Part shown: positions 1 through 14,700 of the stretch, in pieces
How the letters are laid out: the number at the start of each line of letters is the position of its first letter
Position numbering within the stretch: position 1 is the first letter of the stretch
Translations under genes and position numbers: made by a program
Notes under the pieces: generated by a model
Databases searched by the model: none
Told to the model about the DNA's origin: nothing
Seen by the model: the letters and a program-made list of their open reading frames with translations, nothing else
Origin: Lytechinus pictus
Taxonomy: Eukaryota
Direction of reading: 5' to 3'
NCBI RefSeq assembly: GCF_037042905.1
Contig: NC_087251.1
Coordinates: forward strand, 25,298,001 to 25,362,000
DNA: 64,000 nt

Positions 1-48
1 TTTTCTCTTTTTATTTAAATCAATTTTTTGTTGGGGTGGACTTGTCCT
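1..48. mobile_element. End of a TTAA-flanked Kolobok-like MITE (family A), cut by window edge
   Basis: GGGGTGGACTTGTCC-TTAA matches ends of the 3480 and 31019 copies. Confidence 0.7.
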
Positions 49-1298
49 TAAAAGGTAGAAAGTGCGTACATGTAGGCTACATTTAGCTAGAGTCTACCTG
101 GTATTGAACCTCCATAATTCTTGATTTGTGTAGTGTAGTATTATGAATAAAGTACATGTATTACTTCTGTATGTAATTAATGTAATATACTAAACTTACA
201 TTAGTATGAGTGTATCAATCATTATTTCCAGCTTCTCAGTTTGTTAAAAAAAATCAGTAGCAAACTTTTCATTACTTCTTAGCAAGCCAATACAAACTAC
301 ATTTACATGAAGCAATAGCACCATGAATTCTCAAATAAATTTCAATAAATGATATTCAATTCAAGTGTTTTATTTTCCACTTTCAATTTTTATATATTGA
401 CAATATTGATACAGCAGAGCGTAATATATTCACATCTAAATTGCATAGTACAATAATACAATTCAAATTAAAATATGAATTGAAAGAGAGGAAGGGCAAA
501 CTCAAAAGCAGAGCTTGTAATGATGTAGGCACCTATGTAAAAAGTAAATGTTATGATAGGAAATAAAGTCAGTTATGGACTATACTGTATTACAAATCAA
601 TTAAAAAAAGAAGGGTAAATATATACAGATACATGAAGGTATACAAATGTCAGTTTCAGCAATTAGTACCACTTTGTTTGGTGAATGAAATAATCAAGTA
701 ACTGTTCAGATGAAATCTTTTAAAGACTTCTTTTGAAAATGACTATTGAATTATATTCAAAGAGCATGTTTTATCCATTATTTTTATAATTCATAGATAT
801 TGTTTATGTCACTTGTAAAATAATTCCATATAGGTATACTCATAAAACAAATGTCTATTGACATTTTTAGCAATAACTTGACTTCATTACTGTCGTACCC
901 CACCACATTCTCTTTTCTTTCTCAGAGAAAGTCATGTAATGGAATTGAATTATAGAAAGGAAAAAACAGTCTTTAGTTGATTGGGAAATGTTGATTATAA
1001 TGCATGTAAGAATCATGTATACTGTATTCTGCAATGTTTTAGAAATGCCAGACTTATTAGAAATTAACTTGAATTATTGTTAATATTAATTTTGTTTTGA
1101 GTACATGGAAATTTTATTTGACCAGGAGGTTTTAGTCATTTTCTGGTAATGTTTTTTTTTTCTTATAAAGAACATTTTATTCATTTAATAAATCAATGAT
1201 ATTCTTTTTAAATACATTAAACAAAATCCTTGAAAATTTTATTATCTTAAAACTTAAATTCTCCCATGACAGGAATTTCCCTTTAAGGAAGATACAAC

Positions 1299-1451
1299 AT
1301 GTCTAAGCCATCCTTTCCTGATGCTAATGCCAGAAAGGTGTGCTGGGGAGCAAGGGATGCATATTTTGATTGCTTATCAGCTAATAATGATGATGAATCA
1401 AAGTGCAAAGAGCTCAAACAAGCATTTGAAGCCAACTGCTCCAAAGCATGG
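1299..1451 (+). CDS. COA6: COA6 coding exon 1
   Basis: ATG at 1299, four Cys, ends W|GTAAGT. Confidence 0.93.
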
Positions 1452-2025
1452 GTAAGTTTTTTTTTAATGTCAGAAGAAATGTTAGTGATGGTTTGACGAA
1501 AATCTATCAAAGATGATAGATGAAAATCTATCAGAGAAAAGTGAGAATTAAAAAATTATTGAAATTTAAATTTGTGACATCCTATCCGAGCAGTTCCCCC
1601 ATATTTTATGATATAAATTTCAATTTTTTATTGAATACATTTTTCTTTCTTATAGAAGGGAGTGAAATGATATGTCTGGTGATATTTCCACTGCACCATT
1701 AAAATAACTTTTAGAGAGAGAGAAAAAATTTCATTTTGAAGAACTTATCTCACTAAAAATTTGGAGAAGCTGTTCATCTTGAGTGTTTTCACAGAAACTG
1801 CTATTACCACAAAACTTCTACCTCTAATTTAGCATCTTTCTGTCTATTTCCATTCTGTTTTATCATCAATCTTCTGTATGATTTTTGTTTGTGTGTGTTA
1901 CTTTGTTCTCATGTTTTCTCCTTGAACTACAGGCCAAATATTTTCTGAGGAGGAGACACTTTCTAAAATACAAAGATGAATTATCAACAGGAGGATTTAT
2001 TCCAACTGAGAATGAGGATTCATAG
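1299..2025 (+). CDS. COA6: Cytochrome c oxidase assembly factor 6, join(1299..1451,1933..2025), 81 aa
   Basis: Spliced product MSKPSFPDANARKVCWGARDAYFDCLSANNDDESKCKELKQAFEANCSKAW|AKYFLRRRHFLKYKDELSTGGFIPTENEDS* has the COA6 CWGARD..C / C-x9-C..C-x10-C / W.KYF.RR pattern. GTAAGT donor at 1452, CAG acceptor at 1932, phase 0. An acceptor at 1272 suggests an upstream non-coding exon that was not located. Confidence 0.93.
1933..2025 (+). CDS. COA6: COA6 coding exon 2
   Basis: Pyrimidine tract + CAG, AKYFLRRRHFLKYK..., TAG stop. Confidence 0.9.
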   Translation, partial: AKYFLRRRHFLKYKDELSTGGFIPTENEDS

Positions 2026-3063
2026 CAGTCTATTGGAAACAAAGAACTATATTTTTATGTGTGTGTTTATGTACTTCTGAATGAGCAAGTTTGAATACTT
2101 TGTTAATGAAATGGAAATAATAATGAAATACTTTATGAATGTGATTCAGATGGAGTTCAGCTTCATGAAGCCATGGGAAAATTAAGCAACATAATTTGAA
2201 TGGACCTTTCATTCATGTGCCTTTTCATTGGAATCAAGAATGTACAATGCAACCCTAAGGATGTAAATTGTACAATGTGTATCAAACAAGTCCCTACTTT
2301 AAGATAATCCAATAAAGTGATATATTTGTAATATCCTGAAGCTTTTCCATTTTTATACATTTTTACAGGCCTGACTGTCAGTGAATATTTCCACTTGAGT
2401 GCCCACCACTTACTTTAAAAAGTTAAAAGAACGATTTGGGCAAAACTTGTAAAAGTTATGTGGATAAAATTTGAAGAGCACATGAAATTTAGCTAAGAAG
2501 ATTGATTGGAAGATATTCTCTACCTTATAACTTGTTTCCTTGCACAAAAGACTCCCTGGAGCGCCAATGCACTCCCCTCCACACACCTATCTGCTTTACA
2601 TGTAGCGTTGATTCATATAAAATGGCTAAGGCTTGATTTCTCTTTTGTTATTCATTGTCATGGTTGGGAAAAGTGAGGTGATTCAAGTATGAAATGAATT
2701 ATGAAATGTAAAGCCCCTTTAACTGACAAAACTTAATGAAAAAAATCCTGGTGATGTCTGGTGTTAACATTAATTTGTTTCATGTTATGTCATCAGATCT
2801 AGCTGGCACAATAAAAAAAAAGGCAAGTTACCGTTAAACGGTTGTGCTTACCATGGGTTAAAATGTTAATTTGGGTAGCAGAGTTGTTTCAAAATTTTTA
2901 ATCTGTTTTATTTCCACTGACTAAAAAAGCCAAAGAAAAGTATTAGAAAAGAATGAGTACTATACTTTATGTTTAGTATACCTTTTGATGAAGCAATTGA
3001 ACATTTATGTGTGTTGAGGTACATACATGTGTATTACAGTGATCATATGCTAATTATCAGATG

Positions 3064-3256
3064 CAGGTAGGTGTTTCATAAAGCTGTTTGTAAGATACGA
3101 GTGACTTTACGAACAACTCACTTAATTACCCTTTCGTAGGCGCTGAATTAACTTCAATGAAAATTTTGTGTATATCACTTATCACAAAAAAAATAATCAC
3201 CAGTCGTTCATAAAATTGCTCGTAACGTACAAACAGCTTTATGAAACACCCACCTG
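3064..3256. mobile_element. Palindromic MITE
   Basis: CAGGTAGGTGTTTCATAAAGCTGTTTGTA.. / ..TACAAACAGCTTTATGAAACACCCACCTG; TSD unclear. Confidence 0.7.
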
Positions 3257-3479
3257 GAATGTTTCCATAAATCTATGTGAACGTGTAGTCATGTACTACA
3301 ATCCCTTTATTTCTTGGCAATATTGTTAAAGAGTGAAATTAATCAATTTGATATATATAAACCCATTTTGTTTCGAACAATCAAATTGTCATGGTAATGA
3401 TGTGGTAATGGTTTAAGATTCATTTGAAGCTACAGAGTGTATTGTATAATCTTGCACTTGACAAGAAAATGATCATTAA

Positions 3480-4082
3480 AGGACAAGTCCACCCCAACAA
3501 ACAATTGATTTGAATAAAAAGAGAAAAATTCAACAAGCATAACACTGAAAATTTCATCAAAATCGGATGTAAAATAAGAAAGTTATGACATTTTAAATTT
3601 TCGCTTCATTTCACAAAACAGTTATATGCACATCTCGGTCGGTATGCAAATGAGGGAGCTGATGACATCACTCACTCACTATTTCTTTTGTATTCTATTA
3701 TATGAAATATGAAATATTTTGATTTTCTCGTCATTGTCATGTGAAATGAAGTTTCATTCCTCACTGAACACGTGGAATTCCATTATTTTAACATTTTGTG
3801 CTTCAGGCAAGGAGGTCCTAATCGTCAAATTCGTAAAAATTGAAATATTGTATCATTCAAACAATAAAAAACAAAAGAAATAGTGAGTGAGTGACATCAT
3901 AGACTCTCTCATTTAGATGTAACTGGCTCGTTCATATAACTATTTTGTTAAAAATAAGCGAAACTTTGAAATGTCATAACTTTCTTATTTTACATCCGAT
4001 TTTGATGAAATTTTTAGCATTGTGCTTGTCTGATTTTGCTCTATTGATTCAAATCAACATTTTTCTGAGGTGGACTTGACCT
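3480..4082. mobile_element. Kolobok-like MITE family A
   Basis: TTAA both sides, TIR AGGACAAGTCCACC / GGTGGACTTGACCT, long internal inverted subterminal repeats. Confidence 0.85.
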
Positions 4083-5893
4083 TTAAACACAGATAAACAA
4101 CCCAAAACATAAACAGCCATACCATGAGGTAGATAAGTCTCTGCTTTATACAATAATTTTACATTATTACAGAGCTAAATATAGTTTAAAGCATAGAGAG
4201 GGGTGGATAGAGAGAGAAAGAGGGAGGGAGAAAGCAATTGTAGACTTGTTACAAAAGTAAAAATTCAACTTACATGCATGTGTCAGAGAAAAATAAGTAT
4301 ATATAAATATACAGGTGCAATGACTGACTATTGTATTGATGTCAACTAGGAAATGTTCTCTGAATCAGTTTGTTTACTCCAGTTATAGGATTTACTTACT
4401 GATGATGATATTTCTTAAGGGTCTAAGGTGATGATGATGCTCAATGATGCTAATGGTAAAGTTTAGATTTAAAGTCAAGAATCTGCAGTCATTATGAGGA
4501 CAACTGCATTTACTTTTGTGTGTTGTTTGTATTTTCAATGTTTAGTATACTATTCTAATGAGCACTCAAGGGAGGTATGAGTTGAAATTTTGAATAGATT
4601 CAGCGGAATTGATTTATTATGCAAATTATTTCCATGATCCCAGAGATCTGATGTGTTGCATATAATTATACTGGTTAAAAGTTGAACACCTAATCTATCA
4701 AAAGTATTTAAGTGCTCTACAATATGTTGAATAATAATGATATAATTGTTTATGATTATATAGCACTTAACATTTACATGTTATCAGAAGTCATACTGCT
4801 AGGCTTGGCAGAACAGCTGTGGTCAACCAAAATGTTTTTAGAATTCTGATAACCAAAATTGATGTAAAAAGTCATTGCAGACGGATAAAGATTAGCAAAT
4901 GGTTAGGATGTAGACCTTGTAAATGCATGTCTGATATTCCTACCTGTCCTATATTGTGTGTCACAGTATTGTATTTAATCATTTATTTTTTTCTATTTCT
5001 ATTTTCGTTCATTTGATTTTATTGTAAATCTGAATTTTGTAAGCTACCTAAATAAAATGTAGGTGATTTCCTCACTTTCACTTACATCCTTCAAATCAAT
5101 GATGATGATGATAATAATCATTTGAATAAATTATTAAATTAATATCAATTTACTTCTTGTGGTTATTTTTTTTGTTCAAAGCATACAACTGAAATCACAA
5201 AAAGCCAAATTATAAGCTTTGGATTTACTCTGCGCCTATTCCAAGCCAACTCCGAACATGTTTTCTTAGTTTAATACAATTTGAGCGAAGTAACCATTTT
5301 CTTGAGTTTTGAATTGAATCCTCTGATTAGATCATCAAAATATATGTTAATTCCTTATCTGAAAATGAATAGTGATCCCTATAGTTTCCCTCTTCTTGTA
5401 TTTATTGAAAGCTACAGCAGATGTATTACCCTTCTTTTCAGATGTCATTATTACCAATAAATTCTGTTTATATGAGTGCTATGATGAATTTTTGTCATTT
5501 TCTCAAAGCAGGAAGTGGTTGCAATGAATATCGGCCTTTATTCAAATTATGAATGGTGAAATTGAAATTATGAATAGGTGGTATTTAAAAATGATCTTGC
5601 CCAAATCATGGATTGTTAGCAGAAAACGTCCGTATACTTTGCCGCCTTTGAATCTGAATTTATAGTGTGTACCCTCACAAAATATTTTGTTCAAACTTTG
5701 CCCCCACCCTGCCCCCCCAAAAAAAAAAATATATATAATCTCAAGATGTTAGTTGCGGAATGTCCTCTTCAGGCGTTTACTTTCGGAATTCAATCTCCTA
5801 TAGAATGGAGAGTCATATGGAAAAGCCGGTCATCAACTTCTTTGTCAATTTTGTTCCTGTAGATGATAGGCCCCATGATAATGCCTACACGTA

Positions 5894-6156
5894 CACTGTA
5901 AAACATATTTGGTAAAATTTTAACCAGCACGAGGGTAATTACATGTATGTGTCCAATACATTTGGGGCAGTATTTTACCCAATGCGGGAAGCATATTGTC
6001 CAGTAAGGTTTAAAAAATAAGCAGCAATTACTTTAGAATGGGCAAAATTTCATCACACTGGATAAATGAAAATGCCCAAAAGAAATGCACAATGTTGGTT
6101 AGACGCATAATTGCCCTCATGGAGCATTTCCGTTTACCCAATATTTTTTTATAGTG
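5894..6156. mobile_element. CACT-ended (EnSpm/CACTA-like) MITE
   Basis: TA|CACTGTAAAA..TTTTATAGTG|TA, degenerate TIRs. Confidence 0.65.
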
Positions 6157-6324
6157 TACAGTCATGGGGAGAAGATAGGCCGCCGACCACACCTTTTAGT
6201 GAAATAAAAGGAAGAAAATAAAGCTATAAGAGTATAGACATGAGAGAGCTATGTCATCATTATAATACTCCCTATAGTTGCGAAAAATAGGCTTCATAAC
6301 AAGATCGTCTGCCCCCCCCCCCCC

Positions 6325-7400
6325 CCCGGGGGGGAGGGGGGCAGTCAAATGTATTGCTGTACACATGCGTGACCAAATTATTTCCAAACATCCCCTAAAC
6401 GTATTTTTCTCTGTGTGCTTAATAACCCCTAAACAAATTTTTCGCAGGCTTTATTTACACATTTTGGCCCCTAAACAAGTTGTCGCCAGAATATGACCCC
6501 TCAACAAGTTTTGTATACAATCGAGAAGAATCCGAACACTTTTCAGAAACGAGGAGGAAAAAGCCCAGGGGGAAAAAACATACCCTGCATGAATCACGTG
6601 ATTGACAATTATTTACCAGTCTAAAACCACCCTTTTTCTTGAAAATCTTTGTTTTTATTACCCTTAAAGGGATGGTCCGGGCTGTAAGTATGTATAGCTT
6701 AATAAATAGAGTATAATTCACTGAGCAAAATGCCGAAAATTTCATCAAAATCGGATAACAAATAACAAAGTTATTGAATTTTAAAGTTTAGCAATATTTT
6801 GTGAAAACAGTCGTCATGAATATTCAATAGGTGGGCTGATGATGTCACATCTCCTCTTGTTCTTTTGTATTTTATTATATGAAATTAGGTTTATTCAAAT
6901 TTTTCCTCCAAGAACTAGAAAAAATGGATTGACAACTGATTTAGTGCATCATATATTTATTGCTGCAACTTATTTCATTATAAGGGAGACATATTATTCA
7001 CACAAGTATGAAATAATGAAAAAAAAAAGATTTTATGTAATAACATAAGAAAACAGAAAGTGGAGATGTGACATCATCAGCCCACCTAATGAATATTCAT
7101 GACGACTGTTTTCACAAAATATTGCTAAACTTTAAACTTCAATAACATGATTATTTGTTATCCGATTTTGATGAAAATTTCGGCATTTTGCTCAGTGAAT
7201 TCTACTTTATGTATTATATAAATATTTTCAGCCCGGACCATCTCTTTAACGAGAGCACGCGCGGCCCGCGTCCAAAAGTGATTGAAATAACAAAATAACA
7301 TGACTTAATAAATACGTCATCCCTATATAACCCAAAGGTGTATATAAAATATTTTCTTGGCCTAAGACAAATGTTTTCAATATCTCTAAAAATAGACAAA
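6325..7400. mobile_element. CCCGGG-ended element remnant interrupted by a family B MITE; right end approximate
   Basis: CCCGGGG..CATGCGTGACC..CCCCTAAAC repeats resemble the 28224 family; sequence resumes after the TTAA at 7246. Confidence 0.5.
6668..7245. mobile_element. Kolobok-like MITE family B
   Basis: TTAA|AGGGATGGTCCGGGCTG..CAGCCCGGACCATCTCT|TTAA; close copy at 55530. Confidence 0.85.
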
Positions 7401-8699
7401 CTAAATTATTCTGCATGATAGAAAGGAAATCCTCTATATATATGTTTGTTATTAAAATGACTTCATTACAAGTATATACCTTTATATTTTTTTATTGTTA
7501 TACAGATCATTGTCTCAAGCCTCTGATTCGATATCCACGCTTTCATAGCTCTAAATAAAATGGCGATAAAGACATTTTTAACTGTCGCCATATCATATTT
7601 GCAAAGGAGAAAAAAGAATTTTCCGGGGAATATTCCTCTGATATGTTGAGTACAATAATAAAAATACAATTTCAGTTTCATTTGTTGATTCCCAATAATA
7701 ATAACTAGTTTGACCCACATGATTCTCTGAACTTTGATAGTCAAGATCAAGACACATCGTAGTTCGCTTGATTAACTGTGCATTTTCCTCTCCATAAAAA
7801 AAAAATCATAGAACAATTTATTAAGTTCCTGACATATCAAATGCGGAATTGAATCATGTGGTCATGTGGACGCTTATAAATATCTGGCTTGTTTGAAAGT
7901 TTTTAACAATAATGTATTTTATCCATTAAGGTTAAGTCTCTTTATATCTCTAGAATTCATACTCTGTTTTACCTGTATGTCTAAGCTAAAAACTACCCCT
8001 AATATTTTTATAAATGGTAAGTTTTTCGTTATAATACCCCCCCCCCCCCCCTTCTCTGGGCCTCTTCCACCGCCCCGAATCCTCGATCCCGACTCTCTCA
8101 TGTTTACAGTGATACGCTAGCGCTCGCCGTACAAGTGCGTCTTTGATGGCACGGAGGTTGGCAGCAGAAAATCTTAGAAACATACACGCATTGACCCAAA
8201 TAGCTCCGCGTGTGCTGCTCGCAGACGTACTCATTGCGCTATTTTTTTACTTTAATTTAAAAAGCGTGTATGCTAAATGCGTGTATACTAAACAATGGCA
8301 TCTTGGAGAAACTCTTAAACGAAAACTTCCGTGAGTATAAATACGGTTCTTGATATCATGTGCATAGAGAAATTAATACTTGTATTACTATGATTGCTTT
8401 CCTACGGATTCCTTTGATTAAAAATCCCAATAATTCACCTAAATCATTTGTAATACATTGTTTTCTCCCTTGCCTTCTCAGCTAGCAGCTCAGTGACGCC
8501 TTGGCTTGACTTTCGTTGGGACATCGCGAACAACCAGCGCTCTGCCCAGGGACGCGACGCCGATGTAGCACTGTAGCAGGCCGGCTCAGCTCACCTGTCC
8601 GTATCCTGCTACTGCTAGATAATCCAATCGAAAACGAAAAACATTTGTTAGGGGTGACATCTTCCCGCTTCTGATTGTAAAATCTCAGCATATTCGAAA

Positions 8700-8798
8700 A
8701 TGTCAGGTGTTGAACTTAAGCCTATCAAAGAAGCAGGTGGAGCAAACATCCTTCTTCCATTAGGGAAAACAAACTTGGGAAGGGGTTCTTTCTTTGAG
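8700..8798 (+). CDS. APLF: APLF exon 1 (FHA start)
   Basis: MSGVELKPIKEAGGANILLPLGKTNLGRGSFFE|GTGAGT. Confidence 0.9.
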
Positions 8799-11700
8799 GT
8801 GAGTTTGACTGTCTACTTCTGTTACTTTTAATGTTACCTAGTCTTAGACTAAAAATTATAATGTTTAAAGCACTGGTGGATCCAGGGGAGCACATCCGGC
8901 CCGTGCCCCCCCCCCTTTGAGAAGCACAATTAAAACTTGTAAAAAATGCTGTTAAAACATACCGGTAAGTGTGCCCTTCAAAAGTGAAGACCTTTTGTTT
9001 TCTTTTTCTTTTTTTGCTTGTCAATTTTTTTCTTGGATGAAATCTACTATTTTTGGTTGAAACCTTTTTTTTTTTTGGTTATCAAATTTTTCCTTGGGAA
9101 AATGTGCCCCCCCCCCTTTCGAAAAATTCTGGATCCGCCCCTGGTTTAAAGTTAGATTTAAAATTAAATTAACAGTTCAGAGCCAGCGGCAGTGCAATTT
9201 TAATCTGAATCTGAAATTAAAATATTTTTTGCAGTTACATCTTATGGAGACTACTTCCCAGTTACCCCCATTCATATTTAGGATTAATCAAAAGAAGATG
9301 TCTGTCTCATCTTATTACCTTTATCAGCTCCAATTCAACTGACCTTTGCTGTAATTTGTATTGAAACTTGTTAATGAAAATAATTGTGAACGTGCAAAAA
9401 GGGATAAGATGGAGGAAAATGGAAATTGAAATAACTCCCCCCCCCCTGCTATGGACATGCCTGCTGTCTATGTGGTATTCTTTGATCCTTTTCCTTTTTC
9501 AAACATTTAATATTCTCCTTTCATTTCTGCTTTTGAAGTTTTATAAAAACAACTTGAGCTTGGTGTCAATAGATTAGACTGAATACTTCAGTGTCTGTTT
9601 CGCGGATTGTTCTGCTCCTTAGGCTGCAGTCATTCTTACACTCTTAACATCGAACCTATGCCCCCAAAAATCATGATTTCATTTTTTAACCATTAATATA
9701 ACATGTTTCATCATAATATAGGTTTATGAAGGATTTAAATTTTGCAAATAATCTTAATCTATTCATCAACACCATCATGTTGCAATTTCATAGAGTTTAA
9801 TATAAGAATCATTAAAATAATCAACACTCCCATTGTGGGGTGAATAATACTTGGGCATTGGTCCCTTACACTGAGCGAGAGCCGAGATGGCTGGCTATCA
9901 TTGTAAGTGGAGAAAACAAAGCAGTAAAAAATGTTTTACAAATCCAAATAGACAGATTTCAGAGTCCAACCTAGGGGTAGATATCCCTTTTTAATGTACT
10001 CCAATATATTTTAGAGAAATTGAGAAGCAATCAAAGTCTAAAATCTATTTCATCTAGTTCAATATTCATTTTAAAATGGAACCCAATGCTACATTCTGTT
10101 TGAGCTCTTGAATAACTTATTGTTATGCCAAACTTTTTTTCTGATTAGAATAACCTGGTAGTGCATATTGCCCTTATAATTTTTAATCTAATAATGCACA
10201 AAGGTTTCACTGTTCTCTGGTATTGACCTTTTACATTTGCAGATCGCTGATAAACGAGTCTCTAGAAATCATGCTGTTCTTGAAGTGGAAGATGGGAAGA
10301 TCAGAGTCATGCCAGTAAGTTGGGGTGTATGATTTTGGGATTGTTAAAGCTTTCAGTTTTAGAGTTAATAATCATCCTGATTGATTAAAAAAAATGTATT
10401 TTGAAGAGAAAATCTGAGTTGCAGTTTGTGGCACTTTGAAAACTTGATGAACATATTTTTTGTCACATGTGAAGTTTCATATTAGAGTTTCATTCTTTAA
10501 ATGGGCAATTCCGTAAACTGATTAACCTTTTTGTACATCCGACCCCCATTTTTCTCCTGTCTTACTTCTCTTCATAACTAACCAAGTCATGATCATTTGA
10601 GAGCATTACAGACTGTCAAAAGAACCAGAAATCAGAAACAGAAAATTTCCTGTTGGTCTCACATATATGGTGTTGGACGTACATATTTTATGGAATTGCC
10701 CAAATGCTTTCAGATTGGAATAATGAGAATTTAGAAATGGCTGTAAGTTTTGTACATTTAGAAAGGTACATCAGGTTCAGTTCTGGATGCAGGATGCCCT
10801 GACTCTTTATGCTGGTATGAGTATGAAGTTGCAGAAGTGGGGAACAATCTGGGTCATATTCAGGGTTAATTTGTGACTTGTATGCATACCCATGTTCTTG
10901 TTTTGTATACAGTGAAATCCCTTTTAAATGGTAAAGTGAATTGATTTATTATTAATTGAATAATGAGACATTCTCACAATCGATATATATTTGTATAAAT
11001 AAAAATTTGCCCAATTGCTTTGAACATTATTTTTCTCCCTGAAAACCACATGATCAGAACTGAATTTCTGAATTTTATTGGAAGTTTAAAAGAATGTCCA
11101 ACTTTTGAGCTTGTTCTTAGGAGATATTTGGCCAAGTTTATATCTTTCTGTATATCTGATTTCAAGAAAACTTACCGGTAGTCTTAGACCTTACAGCAGT
11201 AAATGAATTGTCGAGTCTACAATTATAGGATTACCTGAGCATGTTTGTTAGGGTATCAACAAGATGCTCATTATTAACAACAATCTAAATGTTGTCATGT
11301 GTGTTATTTCTATAGATACATACGAACCCTACATTCTTTGATGGCGCAGGAGGAACTAAATTGGCACCTTTAACTAAAGACGTATGGCGAGACCTCAAAC
11401 ATGGAGACCGTATTGCTCTGACACCCGATGAACACATCTTTGAAGTTGTTATTGATTACAGACCTATTGTGCAAGAAACCCAGAGTCCAAGGTAAGAAAA
11501 CAATTATACAGCACTGTAATGCAACTAAGATTGTTCACAAATTTATAGAATTATGCAATTGGATAACATTCAAATGTCAAATGATTAGGTTTTCTAAATA
11601 ATATGCCTCCTAGTAGTATTTTAACCATTCTTCGACTAAAAGGGAATCTAATCCATATTGAAAGATTTATTAAATGAGAAAGAAAAGTATGAAAAGCAAA

Positions 11701-14700
11701 ATGGTGAAAGTTTGAAGAAAATTCAGGTGAAAACAATAAAAATGTTTGTTGTTATGAGGTTATCACTGTACAGCAATATCTTATATCGTTTTGTACTACT
11801 TCAAGGGAAAAGGTGTTAAAGAAGACAATGGGAGTTTTGTCCTTAAGGCCCCCATTTCCACAGAGGGGATACCTTTGAAGGACCTTTGAAATACCAAAAT
11901 TTGGCTACATGTAGGTCTTACAGCAGTCTCCAAGACCATTGAAATTTGTCATCTCTGTGGAATGGCTCAGAAAGACCCCCCAAAGAACTCTTAAAGACTG
12001 ATGGATATTTCTTTCAATGGTCTTTCAGAGATCTTGTATGCAACAAGTGATCTTTCAGAATTCTTTCCATGGACTTTTCCTTGTCTTTCAATGATCTTTC
12101 ACAGATCTTTCAATGATCTCTCATGAGTCTTACAGTGATCTCCGTAAAAATCTTGAGGGAATGTCGAAAGATCATGGAAAGACTACAGAACTTTGAAAGT
12201 TCTTCGAAAGACCGCTGAAAGACTATTTTGAACCGTTTCAAAAAGTTTTGGGACTCACGAGGACCACGAAGACCATTGACAGATCCATCAGAAATCGTCA
12301 AAGAACTCAGAGATCTTTGAAAGTTCATTGAAGGACCCTTGAAAGATCAAGCAAGTTTCATGATCTTACAGCAGTCTTTCAGAGGTTTTGCTGTATGTGG
12401 AATGGGGGTTTAAGAATCTTCTTATTCTGCTGACAAAGTTTCCAGTTTTTGTCTCGCGTGCGAAGCAGAGTGAGACTATAGGCGCCACTTTTCCGACGGC
12501 GGCAGCGTCAACACCAAATCTTAACCGAAGTTTAAGTTTTTGAAATGACAGCATAACTTAGAAAGTATATGGACCTAGTTCATGATACTTGGCCATAAGG
12601 TTAATAAAGTATTACTAAACATCCTGCTTGAGTTTCAGGTCACATGACCAAGGTCAAAGGTCATTTAGGGTCAATGAACTTAAACCATGTTGGGGGAATA
12701 AACATAAAAATCTTAAAATCTTAACCTGAGGTTAAGTTTTTGAAATGTCATCATAACTTAAAAAGTATATGGACCAAATTCATGAAACTGGGAAATAAGG
12801 TTAATCAAGTATTACTGAACATCCTGCCTGTGTTTCAAGTCACATGACCAAGGTCATTTAGGGTCAATGAACTTTGGCCAAGTTGGGGGTATCTGTTAAA
12901 TTACCATCATAACTTAAAAAGTTTATGGATCTGATTCATGAAACTTGGACAGGAGATTAATCAAGTATCACTGAACATCTTGTGCGAGTTTCAGGTCTCA
13001 TGACTAAGGTCAAAGGTCATTTAAGGTCAATAAACTTTGGACATGTTGGGGATATTTGTTGAATTACCATCATAACTCTGTAAGTGTATTGGTCTACTTT
13101 ATAGAACTTGAACATAAGAGTAATCAAGTATCACTGAACATAAGAGTAATCAACTTTCAGGTCACATGACCAAGGTCAATGGACTTTGGCCATGTTGGGG
13201 TATTTGTTTAATAACCATCATAACTATGAAAGCGTATGGATCTAGTTCATAAAACTTGGACATAAGAGTAATCATGAATAACTGAACATCTCATGCGAGT
13301 TCCAGGTCACATGACCAAAGTCAAAGGTCGTTTAAGGTCATTGAACGTTAGCCATTTTGGAGGTAATTATTAGATTGCTGTCATAACTTTCAAAGTTTAT
13401 AGATATAGTTTATGAAATGTGGAGATAGGGGTAATCAAGTATCACTGACAAATCATAGGTCGCATGATAGAGGCCAAATGTCATTTATTGTCAATGAACG
13501 TAGTATTGTATCATTATATGAATGGTGTTTTTGTGAATAAATTATTGTATAGTAGTTTTCAAAATCAGCAATACTGCTATATTTAATCGCGCGATGCAGG
13601 TGAGACTGCCAGAGGCTCCACTTGTGTTTTCTTTACATAGTCTTAGTGATTTTTCAAAACAGCTGTAACTTTCTTATTGCTCTTGGGATATGCTTTCACT
13701 ATTCTGTGTTTTCCCCTCCATTCACACAAATCATTCAATTACCAAAGCTAGATGATCAATACTTCAGTTCCCCTTTCAGTTGTCATTTTTAGAGGTTAAT
13801 CAATTGTTTTTGTAGCCTATCATAAGTGGTAGGCTCATTGGCATGATTTACCTTTTGAAAGAGTGGAAGTAAAACCTTTCTTTTTTTTTCAGACTATCTG
13901 CTGAAGAATTATCCCCTTTGAAACAGACTTCACCATTTAAGCAGTCTATTACACCTTCACTTCAAAATAATGGAATACAAAATGAGAAGAAAGAAAATGG
14001 TCAAAACAATCAGTCTAAAGGTTTGTCTTTGCTGCATATTCACAATTATATTTTTCTCTAGATAATCTCTTATAAAATAACCATTGTCTTTACTATAAAA
14101 TGAAGTCTTAATATATTGCCACCAGCTTTTTGGTATAAAATTAAAATGCATTAATACATAATCCATGCTTTTGTGAGATTATTATAAAGGAAATGAAATC
14201 ACAAATAATTCTAATAATAATTTTTTAGTACGATATTTAAAGGTATCAAAGTGCATTGATTTGTTGAAATATTGTATTCAATTATTCTTGATTCATGCAT
14301 ATGAATGTGTTCATGCACTGATCTCATTGTGATTGTAAAAAGTTTTGGAATCAGACAAGTGTGTTATTTATTATAGCACAGAGCGCACAAAGAGGTTAAG
14401 GTAAAATAGGGAAACTGTATCTCATCTAGTTGACTTACAGTACTACACGAAGATTAAAAGGCAAGATACAGTATCTCTTAAACTCAATTTAGTGAGCGCT
14501 GGAAGAAAAGATCTTCCCATCTTCACCAAGTCATCTTGACGAGATGCTGGATCATGTATTTTCATCTTTAGAATTATCTTGTTATCTTGGTGTTTTTAAA
14601 AGCTTATATGTTAATTACTGCACTTTATGAATCATTGGTAATATGTTATCATATTGTTATTTGTCTTTGTTGTAATCGAAGATGATGATGATGATAATAA

